Below, one piece after another: positions 1 through 13,308 of a stretch of DNA of 64,000 nucleotides. The DNA comes from Macrostomum lignano. Taxonomy: Eukaryota. A model generated the notes under the pieces. That model was not told the DNA's origin. It saw only the letters and a list, made by a program, of their open reading frames with translations, and searched no databases. How positions within the stretch are numbered: the stretch's first letter is position 1; each line of letters opens with the position of its first letter. A program made the translations under genes and the position numbers. The stretch is from NCBI GenBank assembly GCA_002269645.1, contig NIVC01000046.1:124001-188000 (forward strand), read 5' to 3'.

Positions 1-62
1 TCAAGGGCCGCGGCCACCGTCGGGTTGCTGTTCTCCTGGGCCACGTTGATCAGGTTGATTAC
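1..62 (-). CDS. PDE8: PDE8 exon (runs off window): VINLINVAQENSNPTVAAAL
   Basis: cag acceptor at 65-63; peptide matches the PDE8 motif IEAPITK-VINIINAAQENS; phase 0 with the 1984-2072 exon. Confidence 0.9.
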
Positions 63-199
63 CTGGGGTAATTAGAAATACAGCATACATAGGCACTATG
101 AAATTCGAATGTATACAGAGCACAGTGAATTTAAATAAAAATAAGTAGATTACGTGGCACCGGATGTACAGATTCTAACTAACTGATATATGGTCTCTC

Positions 200-1960
200 A
201 GATCTACGATATGAGATCTGTTCTGGAATCAAGGATCTGGGATCAGGAATCTACAATATGAGATCTGTTCTGGAACCAAGGATCTGGGATCAGGAATCTA
301 CAATATGAGATCTGTTCTGGAACCAAGGATCTGGGATCAGGGATCTACAATATGAGATCGGGGATCTGGGATCTAGGATCTGGGATCTGGGATCTAGGAT
401 CTGGGATCTAGGATCTGTAATCTAAGATCTGTAATCCAAGATCTGTAATCCAAGATCTGTAATCCAAGATCTGTAATCCAAGATCTGGGATCTACGATCT
501 GTAATCCAAGATCTGGGATCTACGATCTGGGATCTACGATCTGGGATCTACGATCTGGGATCTACGATCTGGGATCTACGATCTGGGATCTACGATCTGG
601 GATCTACGATCTGGGATCTACGATCTGGGATCTACGATCTGGGATCTACGATCTGGGATCTACGATCTGGGATCTACGATCTGGGATCTACGATCTGGGA
701 TCTACGATCTGGGATCTACGATCTGGGATCTACGATCTGGGATCTACGATCTGGGATCTACGATCTGGGATCTACGATCTGGGATCTACGATCTGGGATC
801 TACGATCTGGGATCTACGATCTGGGATCTACGATCTGGGATCTACGATCTGGGATCTACGATCTGGGATCTACGATCTGGGATCTACGATCTGGGATCTA
901 CGATCTGGGATCTACGATCTGGGATCTACGATCTGGGATCTACGATCTGGGATCTACGATCTGGGATCTACGATCTGGGATCTACGATCTGGGATCTACG
1001 ATCTGGGATCTACGATCTGGGATCTACGATCTGGGATCTACGATCTGGGATCTACGATCTGGGATCTACGATCTGGGATCTACGATCTGGGATCTACGAT
1101 CTGGGATCTACGATCTGGGATCTACGATCTGGGATCTACGATCTGGGATCTACGATCTGGGATCTACGATCTGGGATCTACGATCTGGGATCTACGATCT
1201 GGGATCTACGATCTGGGATCTACGATCTGGGATCTACGATCTGGGATCTACGATCTGGGATCTACGATCTGGGATCTACGATCTGGGATCTACGATCTGG
1301 GATCTACGATCTGGGATCTACGATCTGGGATCTACGATCTGGGATCTACGATCTGGGATCTACGATCTGGGATCTACGATCTGGGATCTACGATCTGGGA
1401 TCTACGATCTGGGATCTACGATCTGGGATCTACGATCTGGGATCTACGATCTGGGATCTACGATCTGGGATCTACGATCTGGGATCTACGATCTGGGATC
1501 TACGATCTGGGATCTACGATCTGGGATCTACGATCTGGGATCTACGATCTGGGATCTACGATCTAGGATCTACGATCTGGGATCTACGATCTGGGATCTA
1601 CGATCTGGGATCTACGATCTGGGATCTACGATCTGGGATCTACGATCTGGGATCTACGATCTGGGATCTACGATCTGGGATCTACGATCTGGGATCTACG
1701 ATCTGGGATCTACGATCTGGGATCTACGATCTGGGATCTACGATCTGGGATCTACGATCTGGGATCTACGATCTGGGATCTACGATCTGGGATCTACGAT
1801 CTGGGATCTACGATCTGGGATCTACGATCTGGGATCTACGATCTGGGATCTACGATCTGGGATCTACGATCTGGGATCTACGATCTGGGATCTACGATCT
1901 GGGATCTACGATCTGGGATCTACGATCTGGGATCACGATCTGGGATCTACAATCTGGGAT
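200..1960. repeat. GATC-rich array; ~100 near-perfect 14-bp units GATCTGGGATCTAC
   Basis: Direct inspection; lies in a PDE8 intron. Confidence 0.97.
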
Positions 1961-1983
1961 CTCACTCCAGCCGGCATTCTCAC

Positions 1984-2072
1984 CTTGTGAATCGGTGCCT
2001 CAATGGTAACTGAGTTCAACCTGCCAGTCCCTGAGTCCTTCCTGCTACCAGTTTTGATTCCTGCCATCAGAG
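1984..2072 (-). CDS. PDE8: PDE8 exon: LMAGIKTGSRKDSGTGRLNSVTIEAPIHK
   Basis: tttcag acceptor, gtgag donor; matches PDE8 RIHSMTIEAPITK. Confidence 0.9.
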
Positions 2073-2477
2073 CTGAAAGAAAAATGATGCAAATTAAGAC
2101 ATTGAGCAAGGAAAACTATTTTGTTAATCCGAAGTGCCGCCGCTACAACGCCACTAGCCGAGATCAGGGATGTGCAGCTCATTTGAATTATTTTTCTAGG
2201 AAAACGACAACTTGTTGCTAATTATTTAGCCATTGGCAATCAATCAGGGCCTTGCCATTTGCACTGGATAAGAGGATAAACAGGCAGATCATAAAAATTG
2301 GAGAATTTCTGTGCTATTCGATAATTAATTTAGAAATTTGTCCTTCAAATTATTGTCTCATGGAGATGAAAAATTAAAAATTTTTAAAAACAAAAAATAA
2401 ACGAATTTTGAAGGATAACAACCCTGGCTGATGGCATAAGAATAACAAAGAATATGAGGTTGGCCTTTTAAAAATAG

Positions 2478-2975
2478 CTGATTCTGGCGCCTCTTATCTC
2501 TGATTCTGGCGCCACCTTATCTCTGATTCTGGCGCCACCCGATCTCTGATTCTGGCGCCACCCTATCTCTGATTCTGGCACCACCCGATCACTGATTCTA
2601 GCGCCACCCGATCTCTGATTCGAGCGCCACCTTATCTCTGATTCTGGCGCCACCTTATCTCTGATTCTGGCGCCACCCGATCTCTGATTCTGGCGCCACC
2701 CTATCTCTGATTCTGGCACCACCCGATCACTGATTCTAGCGCCACCCGATCTCTGATTCTAGCGCCACCCTATCTCTGATTCTGGCGCCACCCTATCTCT
2801 GATTCTGGCGCCACCCTATCTCTGATTCTGGCGCCACCCTATCTCTGATTCTGGCGCCACCCGATCACTGATTCTGGCGCCACCCTATCTCTGATTCTGG
2901 CACCACCCTATCTCTGATTCTGGCACCACCCGATCCAATATTTTGACGCCACCCGATCTCTGATTCTGGCGTCTT
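2478..2975. repeat. 23-bp minisatellite (ctctgattctggcgccaccctat)
   Basis: Direct inspection. Confidence 0.95.
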
Positions 2976-3232
2976 ACCTCCCATTTTAGCGCCAAGATTC
3001 CCACCAGCAATGGCAAGAAAAAAGTGTGAAGGAATTTAAAAGAACAACCCCCTTGCGGTCGTTGCCTAAACGGCTGGGGAAAAATCGGCTTTAACTTAAA
3101 AAGTTGTTGTCAATCAATAACTTTTTTTCTGGAGGGCCATCAGCCGCGAATCCAGGAGCAGATCGCGCTGCAGACAGGACAGAGTTTGAGAGAGAGCAGG
3201 GGGACAAGCAACAGGGTGTAGCATTATTCTAC

Positions 3233-3307
3233 CGTCAAAGTGCATTAGCGGTGCACTGCAGATGGACATGACTGACGGCTTGCGCGACTGACTGAGTCCT
3301 GGCAGAT
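3233..3307 (-). CDS. PDE8: PDE8 linker exon: YLPGLSQSRKPSVMSICSAPLMHFD
   Basis: Phase 1/1 exon that links the flanking exons without a stop; ccag acceptor, gtagaa donor. Confidence 0.7.
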
Positions 3308-3467
3308 CTGGCGCAGTTAAATGCGAGCGTATTAACAGGAGGATTAGTAAGGCTTATTAAGGTTATTAGGCATATATATAGTACTTAAAGTATAGTATAA
3401 TTTACTGTGTGAATATACGAGTCCGTAAAACGATCGTATCATAAATAACCGCCCCTCCCCCAAATAA

Positions 3468-3547
3468 ATGTGGCCTCGTAGGCGGAATCGAACCCGGGGA
3501 ATTTGATTTGATAGCCGGACGCGGTACCGCTACGCTACAGTCGCCAA
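3468..3547 (-). mobile_element. tRNA-like SINE head
   Basis: A box tagcgtagcggt and B box gggttcgattcc, but the T-stem and acceptor stem do not pair. Confidence 0.55.
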
Positions 3548-3652
3548 CTGGGGAAGAAGCTAGAATAAATTTGTTAATATATATTAGCAAAGCAGTTAGT
3601 TGTGCACACAGAGTCGCAGGGGTGCACTAGTGTGACACAGACAGGAACTCAC

Positions 3653-3762
3653 AGGAATCCTTGGGCAGGCTGTAGTCGTGATGAGAATTGGCCAGATGTT
3701 TCTCGTAGCCGCCGGCATGATGAGAGCCCGACTGCTTCAAGCAGACAAAGTGTTGCACTTTA
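3653..3762 (-). CDS. PDE8: PDE8 exon, end of PAS: GKVQHFVCLKQ...
   Basis: ttgcag acceptor, gtgagt donor; matches PDE8 GKIRHFVSLKK. Confidence 0.88.
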
Positions 3763-3811
3763 CTGCAAGAGAGGAGGGAATGGAGATAGGCTGCAGAAGC
3801 TATAGGGGTCG

Positions 3812-4320
3812 GGTCAGTGTACACTGGGGCAGAGAAGTAAACCTATGGATCGGTTCAGTGTACACTGGGGCAGAGAAGTAAAGCTATGGATCGGCTCAGT
3901 GTACACTGGGGCAGAGAAGTAAAGCTATGGGCTGGGTCAGTGTACACTGGGGCAGAGAAGTAAAGCTATGGATCGGCTCAGTGTACACTGGGGCAGAGAA
4001 GTAAAGCTATGGGCTGGGTCAGTGTACACTGGGGCAGAGAAGTAAAGCTATGGATCGGTTCAGTGTACACTGGGGCAGAGAAGTAAAGCTATGGATCGGT
4101 TCAGTGTACATTGGGGCAGAGAAGTAAAGCTATGGGCTGGGTCAGTGTACACTGGGGCAGAGAAGTAAAGCTATGGATCGGCTCAGTGTACACTGGGGCA
4201 GAGAAGTAAAGCTATGGGCTGGGTCAGTGTACACTGGGGCAGAGAAGTAAAGCTATGGATCGGTTCAGTGTACATTGGGGCAGAGAAGTAAAGCTAGGGG
4301 GCCGGGCCAGTGTACACTGC
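3812..4320. repeat. 41-bp minisatellite filling a PDE8 intron
   Basis: Unit starts at 3856, 3897, 3938. Confidence 0.95.
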
Positions 4321-4360
4321 AAAGCAAAGAAAAGCAAAGTGAAAATCTGACAGAACTCAC

Positions 4361-4449
4361 CCCTTGCGACCTTTCACTGGATAGATGGAATTGTGATGAT
4401 CGGCACTCGCCCCTGACTTTCTCCTGCCTGTGACAGCGCCGTCCCATTC
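4361..4449 (-). CDS. PDE8: PDE8 PAS exon: EWDGAVTGRRKSGASADHHNSIYPVKGRK
   Basis: ctgcag/gtgagt; matches PDE8 [25 protein letters not shown]. Confidence 0.9.
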
Positions 4450-4528
4450 CTGCAGAAAAAAATAAGCAAGTCAATTTTAGCCTAACTTTGTAAAACATTT
4501 TCTTGCCGCACTCTAATCAGTCACGAAC

Positions 4529-4666
4529 CTTTCCGCGTCTCAAATGCTGCTGCAGGTTGCTGACCTCTTCGTCTGTTTTGTCCGAATGAATCATCTCGAA
4601 TGAACTCTTGCCAATCATCTCGCCGAGTGCGAAACCGAACATTCGTTCGTGAGCGGGATTCGCGTA
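4529..4666 (-). CDS. PDE8: PDE8 PAS exon: YANPAHERMFGFALGEMIGK...LRRGK
   Basis: 46 codons, phase 0/0; matches PDE8 YVNPAFERMMGY..GELLGK. Confidence 0.92.
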
Positions 4667-4844
4667 CTAGAGTAGGTGGAAGGCAGGTGAGGTGAGGAGG
4701 TTGCTCTGCTCAATGCGGCGCTGGATAGTCATCAATCGCTACATGATGGTCTAGCACTAAATCTTATCGATGCGTGGCCTGCGGCACCCTTATCTTGCGT
4801 TTATAGTCAGTCATGTATTAATTTTTTTCTGGTGAATCTATCTG

Positions 4845-5685
4845 TATAGAGTCTGTTACTCTCTTTAGTAGACTCTAAGTCTGTCACTCTCTTTAGTAGA
4901 CTCTAAGTCTGTCACTCTCTTTAGTAGACTCTAAGTCTGTCACTCTCTTTAGTAGACTCTAAGTCTGTCACTCTCTTTAGTAGACTCTAAGTCTGTCACT
5001 CTCTTTAGTAGACTCTAAGTCTGTCACTCTCTTTAGTAGACTCTAAGTCTGTCACTCTCTTTAGTAGACTCTAAGTCTGTCACTCTCTTTAGTAGACTCT
5101 ATAAGTCTGTCACTATCTTTAGTAGACGCTAAGTCTGTCACTCTCTTTAGTAGACTCTAAGTCTGTCACTCTCTTTAGTAGACTCTAAGTCTGTCACTCT
5201 GTCATTCTCTCTAGTAGACTCTGAGTCTGTCACTCTGTCTAGTAGACACTAAGCCAGTCACTCTCTAGTAGACTCTGAGTCTGTCACTCTGTCTAGTAGA
5301 CACTAAGCCAGTCACTCTCTAGTAGACTAAGTCTGTCAATCTCTAGTAGACTCTAAGTCTGTCACTCTCTAGTAGACTCTAAGTATGTCACTCTAGTAAA
5401 ATCTGAGTTTGTCACTCTCTCTCTAGTAGACTCTGAGCCTGTCACTCTCTCTAGTAGACTTTGAGCCTGTCACTCTCTCTCTCTAGTAGACTCCCTGAAT
5501 CAGTCACTCTCTAGTAAAATATGAGTTTGTCACTCACTCTCTCTTTCTCTAGTAGACTTTGAGTCTGTCACTCTCTCTAGTAGACTTTGAGCCTGTCACT
5601 CTCTCTAGTATACTCTGAGCCTGTCACTCTCTATTAGACTCTAAGCCTGTCACTCTTTCTAGTAGACTCTGAGTCTGTCACTCTC
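4845..5685. repeat. ~28-bp minisatellite (agtctgtcactctctttagtagactcta)
   Basis: Direct inspection. Confidence 0.95.
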
Positions 5686-6030
5686 AAATGTATTTCAAAC
5701 CCATTAGCCTTTTCTTCAATAATCCATAAAAGTTTGCCACTAATAAAAGCCCAAGTAATACTCGTAGCCCAGGAAATTCTGCTCAGAAAATTGAGAACAT
5801 TTTTCGCCAGCCAGATGACATTCACGTCACGGACAAGGCACAGCCACTTTGAATCAGAAGATAATTAAATATATAAAAACGTTACACTCGTCACCATTTT
5901 TTAAAATGAGATTTAGCTGAATAATTCTCATAATTACTGAGTACACATTAGTTTTTTTTAATGAGCCAGAAGAAATATTTTCCAGTTGTAAATTTGTTTC
6001 TGGCATTTTTGACTCATGAAAGCTCAAGTG

Positions 6031-7290
6031 AAATGGCACTCTCTCAACTGAAATGGCACTCTCTCAACTGAAATGGCACTCTCTCAAATGAAATGGCACT
6101 CTCTCAACTGAAATGGCACTCTCTCAAATGAAATGGCACTCTCTCAAATGAAATGGCAATCTCTCAACTGAAATGGCACTCTCTCAACTGAAATGGCACT
6201 CTCTCAACTGAAATGGCACTCTCTTAACTGAAATGGCACTCTCTCAACTGAAATGGCACTCTCTCAAATGAAATGGCACTCTCTCAAATGAAATGGCACT
6301 CTCTCAACTGAAATGGCACTCTCTCAAATGAAATGGCACTCTCTCAAATGAAATGGCAATCTCTCAACTGAAATGGCACTCTCTCAACTGAAATGGCACT
6401 CTCTCAACTGAAATGGCACTCTCTTAACTGAAATGGCACTCTCTCAACTGAAATGGCACTCTCTCAAATGAAATGGCACTCTCTCAACTGAAATGGCACT
6501 CTCTCAACTGAAATGGCACTCTCTCAAATGAAATGGCACTCTCTCAAATGAAATGGCAATCTCTCAACTGAAATGGCACTCTCTCAAATGAAATGGCAAT
6601 CTCTCAACTGAAATGGCACTCTCTCAACTGAAATGGCACTCTCTCAACTGAAATGGCACTCTCTCAAATGAAATGGCACTCTCTCAAATGAAATGGCACT
6701 CTCTCAACTGAAATGGCACTCTCTCAAATGAAATGGCACTCTCTCAAATGAAATGGCAATCTCTCAACTGAAATGGCACTCTCTCAACTGAAATGGCACT
6801 CTCTCAAATGAAATGGCACTCTCTCAACTGAAATGGCACTCTCTCAACTGAAATGGCACTCTCTCAACTGAAATGGCACTCTCTCAACTGAAACGGCACT
6901 CTCTCAACTGAAATGGCACTCCCTCAACTGAAATGGCACTCTCTCAACTGAAATGGCACTCTCTCAACTGAAATGGCACTCTCTCAACTGAAATGGCACT
7001 CTCTCAAGTGAAATGGCACTCTCTCAACTGAAATGGCACTCTCTCAACTGAAATGGCACTCTCTCAACTGAAATGGCACTCTCTCAAATGAAATGGCACT
7101 CTCTCAACTGAAATAGCACTCTCTCAAATGAAATGGCACTCTCTCAACTGAAATGGCACTCTCTCAAGTGAAATGGCACTCCCTCAACTGGAATGGCACT
7201 GGCACTCTCTCAACTGAAATGGCACTCTCAACTGAAATGGCACTCTCTCAACTGAAAATGTCACTCCCTTAACTGAAATGGCACTCCCTG
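6031..7290. repeat. 20-bp minisatellite (gaaatggcactctctcaact)
   Basis: About 60 copies. Confidence 0.97.
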
Positions 7291-7744
7291 AGAAAAGCTG
7301 GCTACACTGCTAGCGAAGTCTAATACAACAAACATATTATGCATACTAAGCCCTGATTACTAATCCCTACCTAAACGTGAAACTCCATTACACAGATCCT
7401 ACCATAGCAGTGTTAAGTAAAATTTTTACGCACAGAAGGCCGCTAATCAAGCTCCATAAGGGAGGCAGATTGGGGATGCAAAGAAACAGATGAGAATGAG
7501 GAGGATACGGAGGGAGGGTTCCACTGTTTTCGACTTTCTACTCAATCTCAAGCTCAATCTGGCGAATTCAGGCAAGCGTGACCCCCCCCCAGTTCCAGTC
7601 CCAGAGCACCCGGCGCACGCACACTAATTCGAAGGAACATACCGGATGAAAAACAGTCTGCTTTCCTCACAAATTGCATTAGATCTCTGTTGCACAGCCA
7701 GTTTGTTAACAAGGACATGGAGTACTTGAACGAAATTAAACTAA

Positions 7745-8190
7745 ATCACAAACCCTAGACATCACAAACCCTAGAGTCTAGACGGCAAAAACCCTAGACA
7801 TCACAAACCCTAGACCTCACAAATCCTAGACCTCACAAACCCTAGACGGCACAAACCCTAGACGGCACAAACTCTAGACATCACAAACCCTAGACATCAC
7901 AAACCCTAGACGGCACAAAGTCTGGACATCACAAACCCTAGACGGCACAAACTCTAGACCTCACAAACCCTAGACATCACAAACCCTAGACATCACAAAC
8001 CCTAGAGTCTAGGCCTCACAAACCCTAGACATCACAAACCCTAGAGTCTAGACCTCACAAACCTTAGACATCACAAACCCTAGACATCACAAACCCTAGA
8101 GTCTAGACCTCACAAACCCTAGACATCACAAACCCTAGACATCACAAACCCTAGACATCACAAACCCTAGACTTCATCACAAACCCTAAA
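7745..8190. repeat. 16-bp minisatellite (catcacaaaccctaga)
   Basis: Direct inspection. Confidence 0.93.
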
Positions 8191-8251
8191 AGCAGAAACC
8201 AAATGAAAGCCCTAACGAATACGATTAAGTCAGTTCTGTGCCAGCCCTCAC

Positions 8252-8419
8252 CTGAATCTGAAACTTATCATTGGTGATTTCCACAGCGTCTGAGCAGTGT
8301 GTGAGCGCCGTGGCCAAGGCGGCAAAGGCGGTGAGTTTCTGTTGGCAACGGAAATTATTGTGCTGCGTGTCTAGCAGCTCCTCGCAGCAGGCTTCGATGC
8401 TGATGCTCTCCGGAAATTT
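8252..8419 (-). CDS. PDE8: PDE8 exon: KFPESISIEACCEELL...DAVEITNDKFQIQ
   Basis: ctgcag/gtgagg; matches PDE8 ENSSIIACYNEL...EAIEITSDDHVIQ. Confidence 0.92.
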
Positions 8420-8599
8420 CTGCAGCGGATTGGGATGGAAAGCAGGTAAGTAGGCTTTCAATTGCTGGCTTATGTGGGGCCATTAACTGATAGAATGAGC
8501 TTGCATTAGTGCATGGCTAAGCTGATTAGCGTCATGGCAGCGCATCCATTTGACTGCCTCTCCACCCTCCCTTATCTACCTCACCATCTCGCTCTTGTC

Positions 8600-9360
8600 A
8601 ATCTCTTCTCCCTCTCACCCCTGCCTACCTTTCCCTCTCACCCCTGTCTACCTTTCCCTCTCACCCCTGCCTACTTTTCCCTCTCACCCCTGTCTACCTT
8701 TCCCTCTCACCCCTGTCTACCTTTCCCTCTCACCCCTGTCTACTTTTCCCTTTCATCCCTGTCTACCTTTTCCTCTCACCCCTGCCTACCTTTCCCTCTC
8801 ACCCCTGCCTACTTTTCCCTCTCACCCCTGTCTACTTTTCCCTCTCACCCCTGCCTACTTTTCCCTCTCACCCCTGCGGACTTTTCCCTCTCACCCTGTC
8901 TACTTTTCCCTCTCACCCCTGTCTACTTTTCCCTCTCACCCCTGCCTACTTTTCCCTCTCACCCCTGCCTACTTTTCCCTCTCACCCCTGTCTACCTTTC
9001 CCTCTCACCCCTGTCTACCTTTCCCTCTCACCCCTGTCTACTTTTCCCTTTCATCCCTGTCTACTTTTCCCTCTCACCCCTGTCTACTTTTCCCTCACCC
9101 CTATCTACCTTTCCGTTTCATCCTATCTACCCCAACATTTCACCCCTGTCTACCCCAACATTTCACCCCTGTCTACCCTAACATCTCACCCCTGTCTACC
9201 CCAACATTTCACCCCTGTGTACCCCAACATTTCACCCCTGTCTACCCCAACATTTCACCCCTGTCTACCCCAACATCTCACCCCTATCTACCCCAAAATC
9301 TCACCCCTGTCTACCCCAACATCTGACCCCTATCTACCCCAACATCTCACCCCTGTTTAA
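8600..9360. repeat. ~23-bp pyrimidine-rich minisatellite with two sub-variants
   Basis: cacccctgtctactttccctct, then cacccctgtctaccccaacattt. Confidence 0.93.
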
Positions 9361-9792
9361 CTCTCCCGCTCACCTCTACTTACCTTAACCTCTCCACTCT
9401 CTCTCCCCCTTTCACTCTGTCTATCGTCTACCTCTCTTCACCTCTTGTCTACATCTACATCCCACTTCTTGTCTACCTCTCCCGCTCACCCACTGTCTCA
9501 CAGTTCCTCTCCCCTGGTCAAGAACTATAGCAAATTGTGCAAGGCCTGAAGACCGACTCGTGACGTTCTCGCTAAATGAGGGATAAAAAACACTGACAGA
9601 AATTAGATTATTAACTCTAGGGATAACACTATTAGCATCAGAGAGTAGAAACATCGTTTCAAGGACTCCTGCTTATTCGTATCAAGTTCGTATAGTAACA
9701 CTATTAGTAAGGCAAATTTGGTATAATCCTATTTGCATAAAACTGAATCAGATTATGCTAAGAGAAATTAGCTGTGTTCAAAAACTAGGTTT

Positions 9793-9860
9793 GGTGTCGT
9801 AGCGTGCTTGGTCTGCAATTTTTTAACCTAGATACCCAGTTCGTTTCTAAGTGCTATATA
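9793..9860 (+). mobile_element. SINE family A-like head fragment
   Basis: gtgtcgtagcg...ccagttcgtttctaagtgc resembles the family head. Confidence 0.4.
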
Positions 9861-9989
9861 TATTCTGTAATTCATTCTTTATTTTGGAAGTTTCTAATAC
9901 TTTTATCAATTGTCTAATTTGAGTAAAAATGCACAATATGTAGGACAGAGACAAGTGGTTGTCAGTTCGCCCACACTTTGGAATTCTGT

Positions 9990-10765
9990 TTCTAAGAATC
10001 GTAGGGCCCGCGAAGCCTTTCTATGCAGCCCTCAGGTCCTTTTGAAACTTCACAATAGCAATCCGGCCCGCTTTTTTCAGCTCTCTCCTCTCTCCTGTCT
10101 TCTCTCTTCTCTCTCCTCTCTTCTCTCTCCTCTCTTCTCTCTCCTCTCTCCTCTCTCCTCTCTTCTCTCTCCTCTCTTCTCTCTCCTCTCTCCTCTCTTC
10201 TCTCTCCTCTCTTCTCTCTCCTGTCTTCTCTCTTCTCTCTCCTGTCTTCTCTCTTCTCTCTCCTGTCTTCTCTCTCCTCTCTCCTCTCTTCTCTCTCCTC
10301 TCTCCTCTCTTCTCTCTCCTGTCTTCTCTCTCCTCTCTCCTCTCTCCTCTCTTCTCTCTCCTCTCTTCTCTCTCCTGTTTTCTATTTCCTCTCTTCTTTC
10401 TCCTCTCTCCTCTCTCCTCTCTTTTCTCTTCTCTCTCCTCTCTCCTCTCTCCTCTCTTTTCTCTTCTCTCTCCTCTCTCCTCTCTTTTCTCTTCTCTCTC
10501 CTCTCTCCTCTCTCCTCTCTTTTCTCTTCTCTCTCCTCTCTCCTGTCTTCTCTCCCCCTTTTCACTTCTCGCTACCCTTTCCTCTATCCCCTCTCCTTCT
10601 TTATCCGCTCTTCCCTCCTCTTATCTTCTCGTCACTCATCTTATCTCTCACCCCTCTTCTCTTCTCATATCTTCCATCTTCTATTCCCTCTCCGTTCCAC
10701 TCTCATCAGACCCGCAGCCCTGAGCTGGACTCTGTGACTTGAGATAAAAAAATTGTTGACCTTTG
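9990..10765. mobile_element. hAT/Charlie-like element with CT-rich interior
   Basis: Shares aaacttcacaatagcaatccggcccgc and a TIR-like end (aattgttgacctttg) with other copies. Confidence 0.55.
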
Positions 10766-11109
10766 CATTAGCGCTTTATAATAAACAGACTCCTACTAGA
10801 TTGAGTAGCTACCCCGCCTCCACCGGCCAAGGAAACGAGGTCACAGTTGATATTAAATTTTGCTTTCGAACCCGACCGTATCCTCTTACTAATTCGGGCT
10901 GCTGCGCTGTGCTCAAAGAAGCTGGCGTTGAGAGATACACTAATTGTAGCTGAAATTAAATTGCACAGCCTAGGATCAAAATCAAGCAGTCTCAATCACT
11001 TTGTTACTAGATTTAATATCCACTTGCTATAAGAACCGCAACTACAACAAAGGTAAGATTAAAAAATTATAAAAGATAGATAGAGGCATGAGTGATGGAC
11101 AGTGGGAGA

Positions 11110-13065
11110 GATGGAGAGGAAGATATCAAAAAGAGATGGAGATGGAGATGGGGAAGGAGATGGAGATGGAGATGGAAAGGGAGATGGAGATGGAGAGGGA
11201 GATGGAGATGGAGATGGAAAGGGAGATGGAGATGGAGATGGAGATGGAGATGGAGATGGAAAGGGAGATGGAGATGGAGAGGGAAAGGGAGATGGAGAGG
11301 GAGATGGAGAGGGAAAGGGAGATGGAGATGGAAAGGGAGATGGAGATGGAGAGGGAGATGGAGATGGAGATGGAAAGGGAGATGGAGATGGAGAGGGAGA
11401 TGGAGATGGAGATGGAAAGGGAGATGGAGATGGAAAGGGAAAGGGAGATGGAGATGGAGATGGAGATGGAGATGGAGAGGGAAAGGGAGATGGAGATGGA
11501 GAGGGAGATGGAGATGGAGATGGAAAGGGAGATGGAGATGGAGAGGGAAAGGGAGATGGAGAGGGAGATGGAGATGGAGATGGAGATGGAGATGGAGAGG
11601 GAAAGGGAGAGGGAAAGGGAGATGGAGATGGAGATGGAGAGGGAGATGGAGATGGAGATGGAGATGGAGAGGGAGATGGAGAGGGAGATGGAGATGGAGA
11701 TGGAGATGGAGAGGGAAAGGGAGATGGAGATGGAAAGGGAGATGGAGATGGAGAGGGAGATGGAGATGGAGATGGAAAGGGAGATGGAGATGGAGAGGGA
11801 GATGGAGATGGAGAGGGAGATGGAGATGGAGAGGGAAAGGGAGATGGAGATGGAGATGGAGAGGGAGATGGAGATGGAGATGGAGATGGAGAGGGAGATG
11901 GAGAGGGAGATGGAGATGGAGATGGAAAGGGAAAGGGAGAGGGAAAGGGAGATGGAGATGGAGATGGAGATGGAGAGGGAGATGGAGATGGAGATGGAGA
12001 TGGAGATTGAGATGGAGAGGGAGATGGAGATGGAGATGGAGATGGAGAGGGAAAGGGAGATGGAGATGGAAAGGGAGATGGAGATGGAGAGGGAAAGGGA
12101 GATGGAGATGGAAAGGGAGATGGAGAGGGAGAGGGAGATGGAGATGGAGATGGAAAGGGAGATGGAGATGGAAAGGGAGATGGAGATGGAGAGGGAGATG
12201 GAGATGGAGATGGAAAAAGAGATGGAGATGGAGATGGAAAGGGAGATGGAGATGGAAAGGGAGATGGAGATGGAGAGGGAGATGGAGATGGAGATGGAAA
12301 AAGAGATGGAGATGGAGATGGAAAGGGAGATGGAGATGGAGAGGGAGATGGAGATGGAGATGGAAAGGGAGATGGAGATGGAGAGGGAAAGGGAGATGGA
12401 GATGGAAAGGGAGATGGAGAGGGAGAGGGAGATGGAGATGGAGATGGAAAGGGAGATGGAGATGGAAAGGGAGATGGAGATGGAGAGGGAGATGGAGATG
12501 GAGATGGAAAAAGAGATGGAGATGGAGATGGAAAGGGAGATGGAGATGGAGAGGGAGATGGAGATGGAGATGGAAAGGGAGATGGAGATGGAGAGGGAAA
12601 GGGAGATGGAGATGGAAAGGGAGATGGAGAGGGAGAGGGAGATGGAGATGGAGATGGAAAGGGAGATGGAGATGGAAAGGGAGATGGAGATGGAGAGGGA
12701 GATGGAGATGGAGATGGAAAAAGAGATGGAGATGGAGATGGAAAGGGAGATGGAGATGGAAAGGGAGATGGAGATGGAGAGGGAGATGGAGATGGAGATG
12801 GAAAAAGAGATGGAGATGGAGATGGAAAGGGAGATGGAGATGGAGAGGGAGATGGAGATGGAGATGGAAAGGGAGATGGAGATGGAGAGGGAAAGGGAGA
12901 TGGAGATGGAGAGGGAAAGGGAGATGGAGATGGAAAGGGAGATGGAGATGGAGAGGGAAAGGGAGATGGAGATGGAGAGGGAGATGAAGATGGAGAGGGA
13001 GATGGAGATGGAAATGGGGAGGGAGAGGGAGATGGAGATGATTATGAATAGGGAGATGGAGGGAG
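11110..13065. repeat. Hexamer array (GGAGAT with GGAAAG/GGAGAG variants)
   Basis: Source of the spurious 600-700 aa ORFs in several frames. Confidence 0.97.
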
Positions 13066-13159
13066 ACAGAGGAAGAGAGGGAATACGGCAGCAGAACGGA
13101 CAATAACCAGAGCAACAAACACGCAGGTGCAACACAGGTACAGCCCAGAGGCCACAAAC

Positions 13160-13211
13160 CTTATCGTATCCCAGCTGCAGCAGTGTGGCCAAGTTTGCAT
13201 AGTTTTTCGAC
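13160..13211 (-). CDS. PDE8: PDE8 exon: SKNYANLATLLQLGYDK
   Basis: tttcag/gtttgt; phase 2/0; aligns with PDE8 SVLPLLHAGFNR. Confidence 0.85.
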
Positions 13212-13308
13212 CTGAAACCAGTTGTTCATTTATAACAAAAGTAAATCAATTTTATTTAAGGCATGCAATAATAACAAAGACTTAGCAGTGACTCTCATCT
13301 CTCCTCAC

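Noticed and set aside
3468-3547. tRNA gene
   Set aside because: A/B boxes are present but the cloverleaf does not pair; treated as a SINE head.
7745-8190. Interstitial telomere
   Set aside because: AAACCCTA is only part of a 16-bp unit; there are no tandem TTAGGG/TTTAGGG runs.
11067-13192. 600-700 aa ORFs (LH, EM, RW, GD, IS repeats)
   Set aside because: Products of a stop-free hexamer array read in several frames on both strands; it lies in a PDE8 intron.
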